Shown here one piece after another: positions 10,875-18,799 of a DNA stretch of 64,000 nt; position 1 is the first letter of the stretch; each line of letters opens with the position of its first letter. Made by a program: the position numbers and the translations under genes. The DNA comes from Nitrospirota bacterium (lineage in GTDB: Bacteria; Nitrospirota; UBA9217), in NCBI GenBank assembly GCA_963751455.1, contig CAVVUN010000003.1, positions 128,001 through 192,000 of the forward strand. The letters are read 5' to 3'. Below the pieces are notes generated by a model. It saw only the letters and a list, made by a program, of their open reading frames with translations, ran no database searches and was not told where the DNA came from.

Positions 10875-11004
10875 AATCCGGTTTCTCTGGACCGAGGCAA
10901 CCATGTTGCCGTTCTTTACGACGGCGCGGTTGCTGGTTTACTCGGCAATGAGGAGAAATATCTTGACTAACCGGCGCACCCTGTGTTAAAAAATAACCGT
11001 TGCC

Positions 11005-11079
11005 GGGCGATTAGCTCAGCGGGAGAGCACTGCCTTCACACGGCAGGGGTCGCTGGTTCAAACCCAGCATCGCCCACCA
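11005..11079 (+). tRNA. tRNA-Val (anticodon CAC)
   Basis: GGGCGAT/ATCGCCC acceptor stem, D arm AGCTCAGCGGGAGAGC, anticodon arm CTGCC-TTCACAC-GGCAG, GGTTCAAACC T loop, encoded CCA. Confidence 0.97.
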
Positions 11080-11086
11080 TGAATTC

Positions 11087-11119
11087 AAAGGGCTACGGTC
11101 TTCACCGTAGCCCTTTTTT
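11087..11119 (+). terminator. Intrinsic terminator after tRNA-Val
   Basis: AAAGGGCTACGGT-cttc-ACCGTAGCCCTTT followed by a T run. Confidence 0.85.
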
Positions 11120-11181
11120 GTTGACTGTGCCCCTTTTGTGCCCCCCAGCATCTTTAGCCATTTCAATCACCTTCCTTTCCG

Positions 11182-11222
11182 ATGTTGACAAATACCCAAA
11201 AAATGGTTATATTTGTCAACAT
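11182..11222 (+). promoter_or_regulatory. Sigma70 promoter overlapped by a 13-bp perfect inverted repeat (likely autoregulatory operator)
   Basis: TTGACA (11185)-17 bp-TATATT (11208). ATGTTGACAAATA (11182-11194) and TATTTGTCAACAT (11210-11222). Confidence 0.75.
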
Positions 11223-11297
11223 AAGATAAATGATTGCTCTCCTTGCTAGGAAGTACAGGAGTACTCGGAGTAAATCAGGATTACGGGAGGTAATGGA

Positions 11298-12368
11298 GTG
11301 AAAAAGCAGGAGCCTAAGGAAATATTTGCTCAGCGCCTGGCCCAAGCCCGGAAGATGCGAGGTATGTCGCTCCGAGCTCTGGCGGACGCGACCGGAGGGA
11401 AAATATCCTACAATGCGCTGCATCGCTATGAATTGGGGGAAATGATGCCCGGAGACGAGGTTCTGATGGCAGTGGCTGACGCCCTGGATCAATCCCTGGA
11501 TTTCTTCTTCCGCCCGGCCACCACCAAGCTTCAGGAGGTCAATTTTCGCAAAACAACCAAGGTCGGCGCGAAGACCGTGGAAGCGATCCGGGAACAGTCG
11601 GCCGATTTCTTTGAGCGGTACCTGGAAATCGAAAACATTCTCGGTCTGCCGTCCACCTTCCGGGACCCGCTCGGCAGTTTGCGGCTGCACAAGCCGGTGG
11701 ATGCTGAAACAGCCGCGGAGAAGGTCCGGGCTACATGGAACCTTGGACTCGATCCGCTGCCGAATGTTATCGAAACCCTCGAAGCGAACGGTATCAAGTT
11801 CTTTGAGGTGGAAGCACCCGAGCATTTCGACGGTTTTTCCGGATGGGCAGACGGCCACCCCGTTGTGGTCCTCGCAAAATGGTTGAACAAAGACCCGGCG
11901 CGCAAGCGCTTTACCGCGCTTCACGAAGCCGCGCACCTTCTTATTCACTCGCACGTAGATTCGCGAGGAAAAGAGATTGAGCTGTACTGCAATCGATTTG
12001 CAGGCGCTATGCTGATCCCTCAAAAGATGTTCAAGACCGACTGGGGCGGTTATCGTACCCGAGTCAGCTCAGCGGAACTTGTTGATCTGAAGCGTCGCTA
12101 CGGTATGTCCATAGCAGCTATTATGCACCGTGCAATCGATCTGGGCTTGCTAGATGGTTCTACCTATCGGCGATTCTGCATTATGCGAAGAAAAGAAAAA
12201 TGGGATGAAAAAGAACCTGGAGACTATCCGGGTATCGAAAAGTCCTCTCGTTTCGATCAACTGGTATTTCGCGCGGCCGCACAAGAAATAATCACAGCCA
12301 GTAAGGGAGCTGCGCTGCTGAATCAATCGCTTATCGACTTCCGAGAGAAGTTGAGCGAGGTTGCATGA
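11298..12368 (+). CDS. XRE-HTH + ImmA/IrrE (COG2856) zinc metallopeptidase
   Basis: N-terminal RL..AR...GMSL..LA HTH. RKRFTALHEAAH (HExxH) and ELYCNRFAGAMLIP. Confidence 0.9.
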   Translation: MKKQEPKEIFAQRLAQARKMRGMSLRALADATGGKISYNALHRYELGEMMPGDEVLMAVADALDQSLDFFFRPATTKLQEVNFRKTTKVGAKTVEAIREQSADFFERYLEIENILGLPSTFRDPLGSLRLHKPVDAETAAEKVRATWNLGLDPLPNVIETLEANGIKFFEVEAPEHFDGFSGWADGHPVVVLAKWLNKDPARKRFTALHEAAHLLIHSHVDSRGKEIELYCNRFAGAMLIPQKMFKTDWGGYRTRVSSAELVDLKRRYGMSIAAIMHRAIDLGLLDGSTYRRFCIMRRKEKWDEKEPGDYPGIEKSSRFDQLVFRAAAQEIITASKGAALLNQSLIDFREKLSEVA

Positions 12369-12874
12369 AGGTCATTGTCCACGACGCATCGGTGCTTATT
12401 GACCTTATAGCAGCCGATCTGCTCGAACAGTGGTTGGGCCTCGGAAACGAGACGATTGTTACATCGCTAGTTTGGCGGGAGATAAACCGGAAAAGCGAGA
12501 AAGAAAAATTGCAGCCTTATGTCGAAAGAGGACTGCTGAAAATAGCTCATCTGCCGTCAGAGGATTTCTCGGAAGTTGTAGCGATGAAGATGGATCTATC
12601 GCTCGATCTTTCCCTTGAAGACGTCTCCGCCCTTTATGTGGCTGTTTCCCGTAAAGGCATCCTGCTCACAGGTGAAAAGACTTTGCGGCAAAATGCCGAA
12701 AGGCGCGGCGTCGAAGTGCATGGTCTCCTATGGGTCTTCGATGTTTTGATTGAACGCGGGAAAATGCTGGCGAGCATCGCCGCTGATCGCCTCGAGCATA
12801 TAACAGCAAAGCGGACCAGCCGGCTGCCTAAAGAGGAATGCAGCCACCGAATCAAAAAATGGAGAAGCCAGTAA
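12365..12874 (+). CDS. PIN-domain protein (putative RNase toxin)
   Basis: VIVHDASVLIDL, LSLED, LLTGEKTLR, VHGLLWV. ATGA overlap with the upstream gene. Confidence 0.8.
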   Translation: MKVIVHDASVLIDLIAADLLEQWLGLGNETIVTSLVWREINRKSEKEKLQPYVERGLLKIAHLPSEDFSEVVAMKMDLSLDLSLEDVSALYVAVSRKGILLTGEKTLRQNAERRGVEVHGLLWVFDVLIERGKMLASIAADRLEHITAKRTSRLPKEECSHRIKKWRSQ

Positions 12875-12944
12875 ATAAAAACGGATTTACTGCACAGACT
12901 TATGAGCAAGGTTAATATATCAAAAATTGCTGAAGATGTCTTAT

Positions 12945-14462
12945 CCTTGTAGTTGCATAAACATTTCTTGAAAATATGCAGAAACCTCTGGAAACAGGCT
13001 TCATTATTGGATATAGTGCTCCTGCGATATCATTATTTCACTCAAGCAGGAGGCCACTGAAAGTGAAGTCCAGTAAAGCACAGGTTCTAAGCCGCGTTCA
13101 CAAAATACCGGAACTGAAGTTCGAGGATCAACAGCTCACTTCCTACGCGGGCCTTGCTATCATTCAGGCATTCTTCACGAAGCTGAATCTGAAAGCCCGC
13201 TTGAAAAGCTGCTTTGATCATCTACCGTCGAGCGCCATCTTCGGCAATCACGTCATTACGCTCGTGCTGATCGTGCATCTGATGCTGGGTTATCGGAAAC
13301 TCCGCGACATCGAATACTATCAGGACGACCTTATGGCGCTTCGTCTTCTGGGCCTCCGAAAAATGCCGGACGTTTCCACGATCAGCCGGGCATTGATGAC
13401 GGTCGACGCAAAGGACATTTTGAATCTTCGTCGGTTCTGCCGGGAAATGTCGCTCTCCCGCATACAGGGTTTGAAGCTTCGTCGCGTGACGCTTGATTTC
13501 GACGGCTCTGTGCTCTCGACCTCCCGATGGGCTGAGGGTGCCGCCGTAGGCTTCAACAAAAAGAAAAAAGGGCAGAGAAGCTATTATCCGCTTTTCTGCA
13601 TGATCGCTCAGTTGGGCATGGTCCTTGACGTCCTGCCCCGTTCGGGTAACGTACATGATTCCAACGGCGCCCGGGCGTTCATCCTTGCGTGCATCGAACA
13701 GGTGCGTGCAACCTGTTCGGATATCGTCATCGAAGTGCGCATGGACAGCGCTTTCTTCAGCGATGAAATCGTCGGCGCGCTGGAGCGCGACGGAATTGAG
13801 TTCACCATCTCGGTCCCCTTTGAGCGGTTCTCCGAACTCAAACACATGATCGAAGCCAAAAAACGCTGGAGGCGTTACGATTCCGTTGTTTCCTATTTCG
13901 ACACACCCTGGAAGCCGAAAAGCTGGGACAGCCGGTTCCGCTTTCTTTTTATTCGTCAAAAAGCCAAAAAGCAGTCAAAAGAGCCGGTGCAGCTTGATAT
14001 GTTCACGCCGCACGAATACGGGTTTGACTTCAAGGTGATCGTTACAAACAAAACAACGACGGTGAAGAAAGTCCTGAACTTCCATCAGGGCCGCGGTTCT
14101 CAGGAAAACATCCTTGGAGAGCTAAAGTCCCAGTGCAATATGGATTACGTGGCTGTGAGAAGATTGCACGGAAATCAGCTATACATGATGTCGGCGATCA
14201 TCTCGCACAATCTCCTGAAGGAACTTCACATGGTCGCGCATGAACCCGACCGGGGCACCACCGAAAAACGGGCCGCTCTTTGGGAGTTCACGGAGCCCAA
14301 TACCCTGCGAAGAACACTTATACAGCGTGCCGGCCGCCTGACACAGCCCGGCGGCAAGCTAACTCTGACAATGAACGCCAATCCACGAGTCAAAAAGGGG
14401 TTGTTGCATTATCTCGACCGATTGCAACGGGCCGCATAGCGATTTTTTATGCAACGTTAAGG
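12945..14462 (+). mobile_element. IS1380-family insertion sequence
   Basis: Terminal inverted repeats CCTTGTAGTTGCATAAA / TTTATGCAACGTTAAGG (14/17 match, CC..GG ends) enclosing one DDE transposase. Confidence 0.85.
13063..14439 (+). CDS. IS1380-family DDE transposase
   Basis: LTSYAGL, LDFDGS, YYPL, RMDSAFF, RGSQEN..ELK. GTG start after an AGGAGG RBS. Confidence 0.88.
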   Translation: MKSSKAQVLSRVHKIPELKFEDQQLTSYAGLAIIQAFFTKLNLKARLKSCFDHLPSSAIFGNHVITLVLIVHLMLGYRKLRDIEYYQDDLMALRLLGLRKMPDVSTISRALMTVDAKDILNLRRFCREMSLSRIQGLKLRRVTLDFDGSVLSTSRWAEGAAVGFNKKKKGQRSYYPLFCMIAQLGMVLDVLPRSGNVHDSNGARAFILACIEQVRATCSDIVIEVRMDSAFFSDEIVGALERDGIEFTISVPFERFSELKHMIEAKKRWRRYDSVVSYFDTPWKPKSWDSRFRFLFIRQKAKKQSKEPVQLDMFTPHEYGFDFKVIVTNKTTTVKKVLNFHQGRGSQENILGELKSQCNMDYVAVRRLHGNQLYMMSAIISHNLLKELHMVAHEPDRGTTEKRAALWEFTEPNTLRRTLIQRAGRLTQPGGKLTLTMNANPRVKKGLLHYLDRLQRAA

Positions 14463-14575
14463 TTAAGTGAGGTAATTAGGGTACTTAAATAACCTGTTGC
14501 CTCAGGATATCCTCGTTGGTTCATCTTTGCGCGGAGAAAAAGCCTCCTTTCTTTCGCTGCCTGAGTCAAAAAACT

Positions 14576-15331
14576 TTAAATCGGGCATCTTGATAAGCTT
14601 CTCGCAAAATAATAGTTTAGACAAAATGATATTGCAAGTTGATTTACCTTAACTACCTCACTTCGTGTAATGAAAATGTTTTGAGATTTGCCTAATAAAA
14701 TGATATTTGGAGAAATTGGAATAACCGCGACATCAAAATAAATTTCAGGAACTATAAAATCACCCTCGTTTGACTTTACAACTCCCCACTGCACCTTTCC
14801 TATATCACTTCTCCTTTTATCAATGCTCATCTGTATGTTTAATCCAGTCATAAATCGGCTGGGAACGGAAGGAATCTCTCCCCTAGTGAAAATAACGTGA
14901 TTCTTTTCTAGTCGTTCTTCTTCATCTTTTGTAAAGGGTTTCCCCCCGATTATACCCTTGAGTTGAACATCTGGAAGTGGGCTTAAATTCCGCTCATAGC
15001 GAAGAAGCCAAAGTAAATAAAAGTCTGTTGCAACTCTATTATCTGAATCTCCCAAAATCGAGGTGGGGTTATCGATGATTTTAGAAGTTAATGCCTGAAA
15101 GGAGTCCTCAATGCTTTTTTGATATCCTTCTTCGGCGCGTTGGTCCCAACATCTTTTCGCGCAGAATAGCTGGTCATCGGGAGGCAAACTGATGACCTTG
15201 TTTTGCGAAATCAATTTTACTTCTACCATGCCATTACTATCTGCAAATCGCTCGATGCTTTTAGCAGGGAAAATATGTTGTTTGACAGTTAAACCATAGG
15301 GATTCTGTTTTTGCGGCTTTTCGTAGGTCAT
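14576..15331 (-). CDS. DUF4238-like protein
   Basis: N-terminal KQHIFPAKSIERF resembles the DUF4238 QHxxP motif. IED..., and a C-terminal IPISP. AT-rich. Confidence 0.55.
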   Translation of the reverse strand: MTYEKPQKQNPYGLTVKQHIFPAKSIERFADSNGMVEVKLISQNKVISLPPDDQLFCAKRCWDQRAEEGYQKSIEDSFQALTSKIIDNPTSILGDSDNRVATDFYLLWLLRYERNLSPLPDVQLKGIIGGKPFTKDEEERLEKNHVIFTRGEIPSVPSRFMTGLNIQMSIDKRRSDIGKVQWGVVKSNEGDFIVPEIYFDVAVIPISPNIILLGKSQNIFITRSEVVKVNQLAISFCLNYYFARSLSRCPI

Positions 15332-15686
15332 GATTCCTTCCTGCTTAAGATATCTTCTTTTGGTTTTTCCTCGGAATGTTCAAAATTCGAATGCTTATAT
15401 TATATCTCTATGATTCAGACTTTATTCTGTTAACTTATTTTCACCAAAACGACCACCGACGAAAAAGGCTCAAGAAGAAAATATCATAGTGCAGCCAACT
15501 AAGCAAAAGCCACAATTGTAGACAAAAATAATCTTGTATTGTGCCCCTTTTTGTGCCCCCCGGAGGGGAAAATCTTAGAATCATCAGATTAGCTCGAAAT
15601 AATAGAAACGCTGGAAACGCTGAAAATCATTAATTTTTGGGAGACCAGCCACCTTCAATGGTTTACGTGATTTTGGTCTTTTAGCG

Positions 15687-15731
15687 TTCACACGGCAAGG
15701 GTCGCTGGTTCAAACCCAGCATCGCCCACCA
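15687..15731 (+). repeat. att core: duplicated 3' half of tRNA-Val (junction of islets 1 and 2)
   Basis: TTCACACGGCAAGGGTCGCTGGTTCAAACCCAGCATCGCCCACCA. One mismatch (15698) versus 11035-11079, and no 5' tRNA half. Confidence 0.95.
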
Positions 15732-15739
15732 TGTAAATT

Positions 15740-15769
15740 AAGGGGTTAGCTGATATAGGCTAACTCCTT
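15740..15769. terminator. Hairpin immediately after the second att copy
   Basis: AAGGGGTTAGC-tgatatag-GCTAACTCCTT. Confidence 0.65.
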
Positions 15770-15916
15770 CTCTGTTTCTTGTGCAGTAATTGTGCAGTTG
15801 GTTGTGGGTGTGTCGTTCGGGGACGGGTCCAAAAGGTTGTTGAGTATGTTTATCGCCTTCCTGCTGTGTTCTGGGGCAAGGTGAGCATAGTGGAGGGTCA
15901 TTTTAATATCCTTGTA
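15746..15916 (-). pseudogene. Tyrosine integrase C-terminal remnant
   Basis: Minus strand translates as YKDIKMTLHYAHLAPEHSRKAINIL...ELAYIS*, matching the box II motif H-x-D-I-x-M-T-x-R-Y-A-H-L with the catalytic Tyr. It points toward the att site. Confidence 0.8.
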
Positions 15917-15950
15917 GTACGTTATTTTTATTTCTGCATACCATTATTCA

Positions 15951-16044
15951 TCTTTACTGTTTCAACACAGTATAGCTTCAAGTTATGGTTGCACTTCTTT
16001 ACTGTTTCAACACAGTATAGCTTCAAGTTATGGTTGCACTTCTT
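15951..16044. repeat. Perfect 45-bp tandem duplication
   Basis: TCTTTACTGTTTCAACACAGTATAGCTTCAAGTTATGGTTGCACT at 15951-15995 and 15996-16040, followed by TCTT. Confidence 0.92.
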
Positions 16045-16090
16045 GAAGCCTTATAAAAATTCAGTCTGAATTCGTTAGCGTATACCCCCG

Positions 16091-16119
16091 TTGACATAGA
16101 ATTGAATAAGGTATATATT
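16091..16119 (+). promoter_or_regulatory. Sigma70 promoter upstream of the ClpP-like gene
   Basis: TTGACA-17 bp-TATATT. Confidence 0.65.
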
Positions 16120-16221
16120 CGACCGGAATACTGTGAATGGTTACATAAGATGCTCGCCAGCCATAAACCCGAACTGTAAGCGGCTCAATATCCAAGAAAA
16201 AGCAAAGGAGAAGACAATATC

Positions 16222-16785
16222 ATGCCGCAAGTGCAACAGAAAATTGTGTACATTAATTTTTTCGATGGCATTGAACCGCAAAGAATTTTCCAATTCATTA
16301 ACTTTTTCTCTCAAATTTTCCAGCAACATCGGCCTGAAATAATTCAGATTAATATATCATCTCCAGGGGGCAATGTATCTGTAGGAATGTTCCTTTACAA
16401 TTACCTCAAATCTCTTCCTTGCAAATTGATTATGCATAATATAGGTTCTGTTGATTCTATTTCCACAATAATATTTCTCGCGGGCGAGGAACGATATGCC
16501 AATCCAAATGCATCATTTCTTTTTCATGGCATCGTAACTAACTTCCCTTCTCAAACCTCCTTAACCCTGTACCAGCTTAAAGAACGACTCGGTGGTCTCG
16601 AAGTAGATCAAAACAAAATATCAAATACAATTACTGAACTTACTAAAATAACGAAGCAAGAGCTTGACGAACTATTTTTACAAGGGGAGGTCAAATCCCC
16701 TGAATTTGCGCTTCAAAAGGGATTTATACATGGGATCAAACCAATGGCACTTCCTAAGGATGCTATCATTTTCACTTTTGCTTAA
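16222..16785 (+). CDS. ClpP-like (peptidase S14) protein, accessory copy
   Basis: INISSPGGNVSVG, HNIGSVDSIS (Ser), IFLAGEERYANPNASFLFHG (His), KSPEFALQKGFI. AAGGAG RBS. Confidence 0.85.
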   Translation: MPQVQQKIVYINFFDGIEPQRIFQFINFFSQIFQQHRPEIIQINISSPGGNVSVGMFLYNYLKSLPCKLIMHNIGSVDSISTIIFLAGEERYANPNASFLFHGIVTNFPSQTSLTLYQLKERLGGLEVDQNKISNTITELTKITKQELDELFLQGEVKSPEFALQKGFIHGIKPMALPKDAIIFTFA

Positions 16786-16998
16786 AATGCCTTCTCTGTA
16801 ACTCTGCGCTATTCTGTTTTGCACACTAGCGGTGCTATTCCGATTATTCATTTGTGCTTTTAAAACACGAACGATAAAGTCAGCCCATGATTTGAGCGCC
16901 CGTTATGCATTGACAGCCCTAATTAAAACGTTTAATCTAATAACATATACTCTTGACCGTCAGCTAGATTTCCAAAAGAACAAAAGGAGTGAGTCATC

Positions 16999-17760
16999 AT
17001 GCCGATCAACGAAGTATTTCAAAGACCTACGGTGAAGCAAGTGATTTTTCAAATCACATATCCGAATTTATTTTATCTTGAAAGCAAAATTGGAGACCTA
17101 CAACTGGCAATCATGGAGAAGTTTCCGGAATCTTCTTTGTTATTTCAGCGACAGGTTCTCCTCGCTAATTTAGGCCCTGGTGCTAAAACAGAGGATCTAG
17201 AAAAAAAACACACAGATGAAGGTACAAAAAAAATATGGCAATTTACTTCGCCTAAAGGTTATACACTTAACGTTACCACTAGTACGCTCGATATTACCTC
17301 TACGCTACATAAAACGTACAACAACGACGCCTCTGAGAACAAATTTCGTGACATAATTACCTTTGTTGTGGATCATTTTTTAAAGATTACAAAAATTCCA
17401 TTAATATTGAGAATTGGTCTTCGCTATATCGATGATTGTCCAGTGCCGAGTAATATTACGGAAGACTTTGTAAGTTATTATCAAACTTCTTTTCCAGTAA
17501 GTCGTTTTAAACTTGAAGATGCAACCGAAATGAATTTTACGACAATCGTAAAAAGAGATAATTGTTCTTTACGTTACGCCGAGTCATTTAAAAAGTCACT
17601 GGAAAATAATTATACGTTTGTTCTTGATTTTGATGGTTTTGCTATTAATATCCAATCTGATCAAACTTTACGCATTACTGACAAATTACATGACTTAATT
17701 TCCGCAGAATTTGAAGCTACTATAAAGGAACCTGTTTACAAATATATGCGAGGTGAATAA
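16999..17760 (+). CDS. TIGR04255-family sporadically distributed protein
   Basis: P.V..VIFQI.YP N-terminus, RIGLRYID, FVLDFD, LH..I...FE. AAGGAG RBS. Confidence 0.75.
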   Translation: MPINEVFQRPTVKQVIFQITYPNLFYLESKIGDLQLAIMEKFPESSLLFQRQVLLANLGPGAKTEDLEKKHTDEGTKKIWQFTSPKGYTLNVTTSTLDITSTLHKTYNNDASENKFRDIITFVVDHFLKITKIPLILRIGLRYIDDCPVPSNITEDFVSYYQTSFPVSRFKLEDATEMNFTTIVKRDNCSLRYAESFKKSLENNYTFVLDFDGFAINIQSDQTLRITDKLHDLISAEFEATIKEPVYKYMRGE

Positions 17761-17763
17761 ACT

Positions 17764-17991
17764 ATGACTTCCCTAACGCCAGCAGTAACTGGTGCTCAAA
17801 CGGAGACGCAAGCGCACAAAGTTACATATCCTTTTGAAAGGTATGAAATTGAAGTTATCGTTTCTGATACTGGCATGTTTCTCGGAATCTCGGGAATCAA
17901 ATTAAAGACAGATTTTTTAACTCACGCGCAAAAACTGTCTACGGCAAGCTTCCATGACGTTGAGCAATATTATCAAGAGGAAAACAAATAA
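17764..17991 (+). CDS. Small hypothetical protein (75 aa)
   Basis: GAGGTG RBS, starts 3 bp after the upstream stop, TAATG overlap with the downstream gene. Confidence 0.7.
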   Translation: MTSLTPAVTGAQTETQAHKVTYPFERYEIEVIVSDTGMFLGISGIKLKTDFLTHAQKLSTASFHDVEQYYQEENK

Positions 17992-18626
17992 TGTTTTATG
18001 AAGTTCCCGAACGTGTAGATGCCGCTCTTCGTTTCGGTGATGTTCTCAAAGGTTTTGCAGTATGTACGCCAAAAATTAACAATCCACCACTCCCTGATGA
18101 TCTTAATTGTCAAATTGAAATAAGCAAGCCACCGTTTTATGTTATTTTGTCGCCATGCTGCTCTATTCGTGATAAAATTCTTTCTCTCGCACCACTTGTT
18201 CCGATCAAGAATAGTTTATTCGGCAATCCATACTTTGCTGAGGATCCTACCCGTATTAATATTAAAATTGAACCTGCTTATAGTCTGCCACAAGCAGCAT
18301 GGGAAAGGATGGATCCACGTGAAAAAGCTGAAAGACTTGGCAAAGGGCTATCATATTCACTGTTGGAATATTTTGTTTATAAGGCGCATGACTTGTTCCC
18401 TCAATATAAAATTCCAAGGTTACAAGGTGATATCCTGACGAGGCATTACATGATCGATTTTCGTGCCGCCTTCAGAGTCGCTTGCGACCGAATTCAATCT
18501 CCTGAGCAGTCACCGTTAGAATGTAAGTGCCTGCAATTAGATAATGAGACGAGAGGCCTATTGCGAGACAAGATATTATTCTATTTTTCACGAATCACAG
18601 CTGAAGAAATTGCTCTTATAGTTTAA
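17991..18626 (+). CDS. Hypothetical protein, possible PemK/MazF-like fold
   Basis: Translationally coupled (GAGG RBS). Pattern FGDVL...VILSPCC...LAPL...MIDFR...L...R..LRDKI..YFSR. Confidence 0.6.
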   Translation: MFYEVPERVDAALRFGDVLKGFAVCTPKINNPPLPDDLNCQIEISKPPFYVILSPCCSIRDKILSLAPLVPIKNSLFGNPYFAEDPTRINIKIEPAYSLPQAAWERMDPREKAERLGKGLSYSLLEYFVYKAHDLFPQYKIPRLQGDILTRHYMIDFRAAFRVACDRIQSPEQSPLECKCLQLDNETRGLLRDKILFYFSRITAEEIALIV

Positions 18627-18799
18627 AGAGTTTTCCCATTGGCATGTTATCGCCTCTGCCGTGTGCAGTTCGCTGTGCAGTATCGGATGGAATCCGGCGG
18701 AAAATACGAAAAACTGCTTTTCCCTGCTCTAAGCCTAACCATAAGAAAAAGCAAAGAATATGGAAGGAACGATAATCTGTCCCTTCCTTTCGAGACGCT

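Larger units (their letters stand above)
11035..15731. mobile_element. Genomic islet 1 integrated at tRNA-Val (no intact integrase)
   Basis: Bounded by a 45-bp direct repeat of the tRNA 3' half (11035-11079 and 15687-15731, one mismatch). TGTGCCCC pairs near both ends (11126/11137 and 15540/15552). Confidence 0.88.

Noticed and set aside
10983-11249. 88-aa ORF (and similar short ORFs at 18639 and 20608)
   Set aside because: They read through the tRNA, att site or palindromic repeat and are spurious.
15951-16044. CRISPR array or LexA SOS box
   Set aside because: The repeats are directly adjacent with no spacer and there are no cas genes. The palindrome is CTGT-N6-ACAG, not the N8 SOS box.
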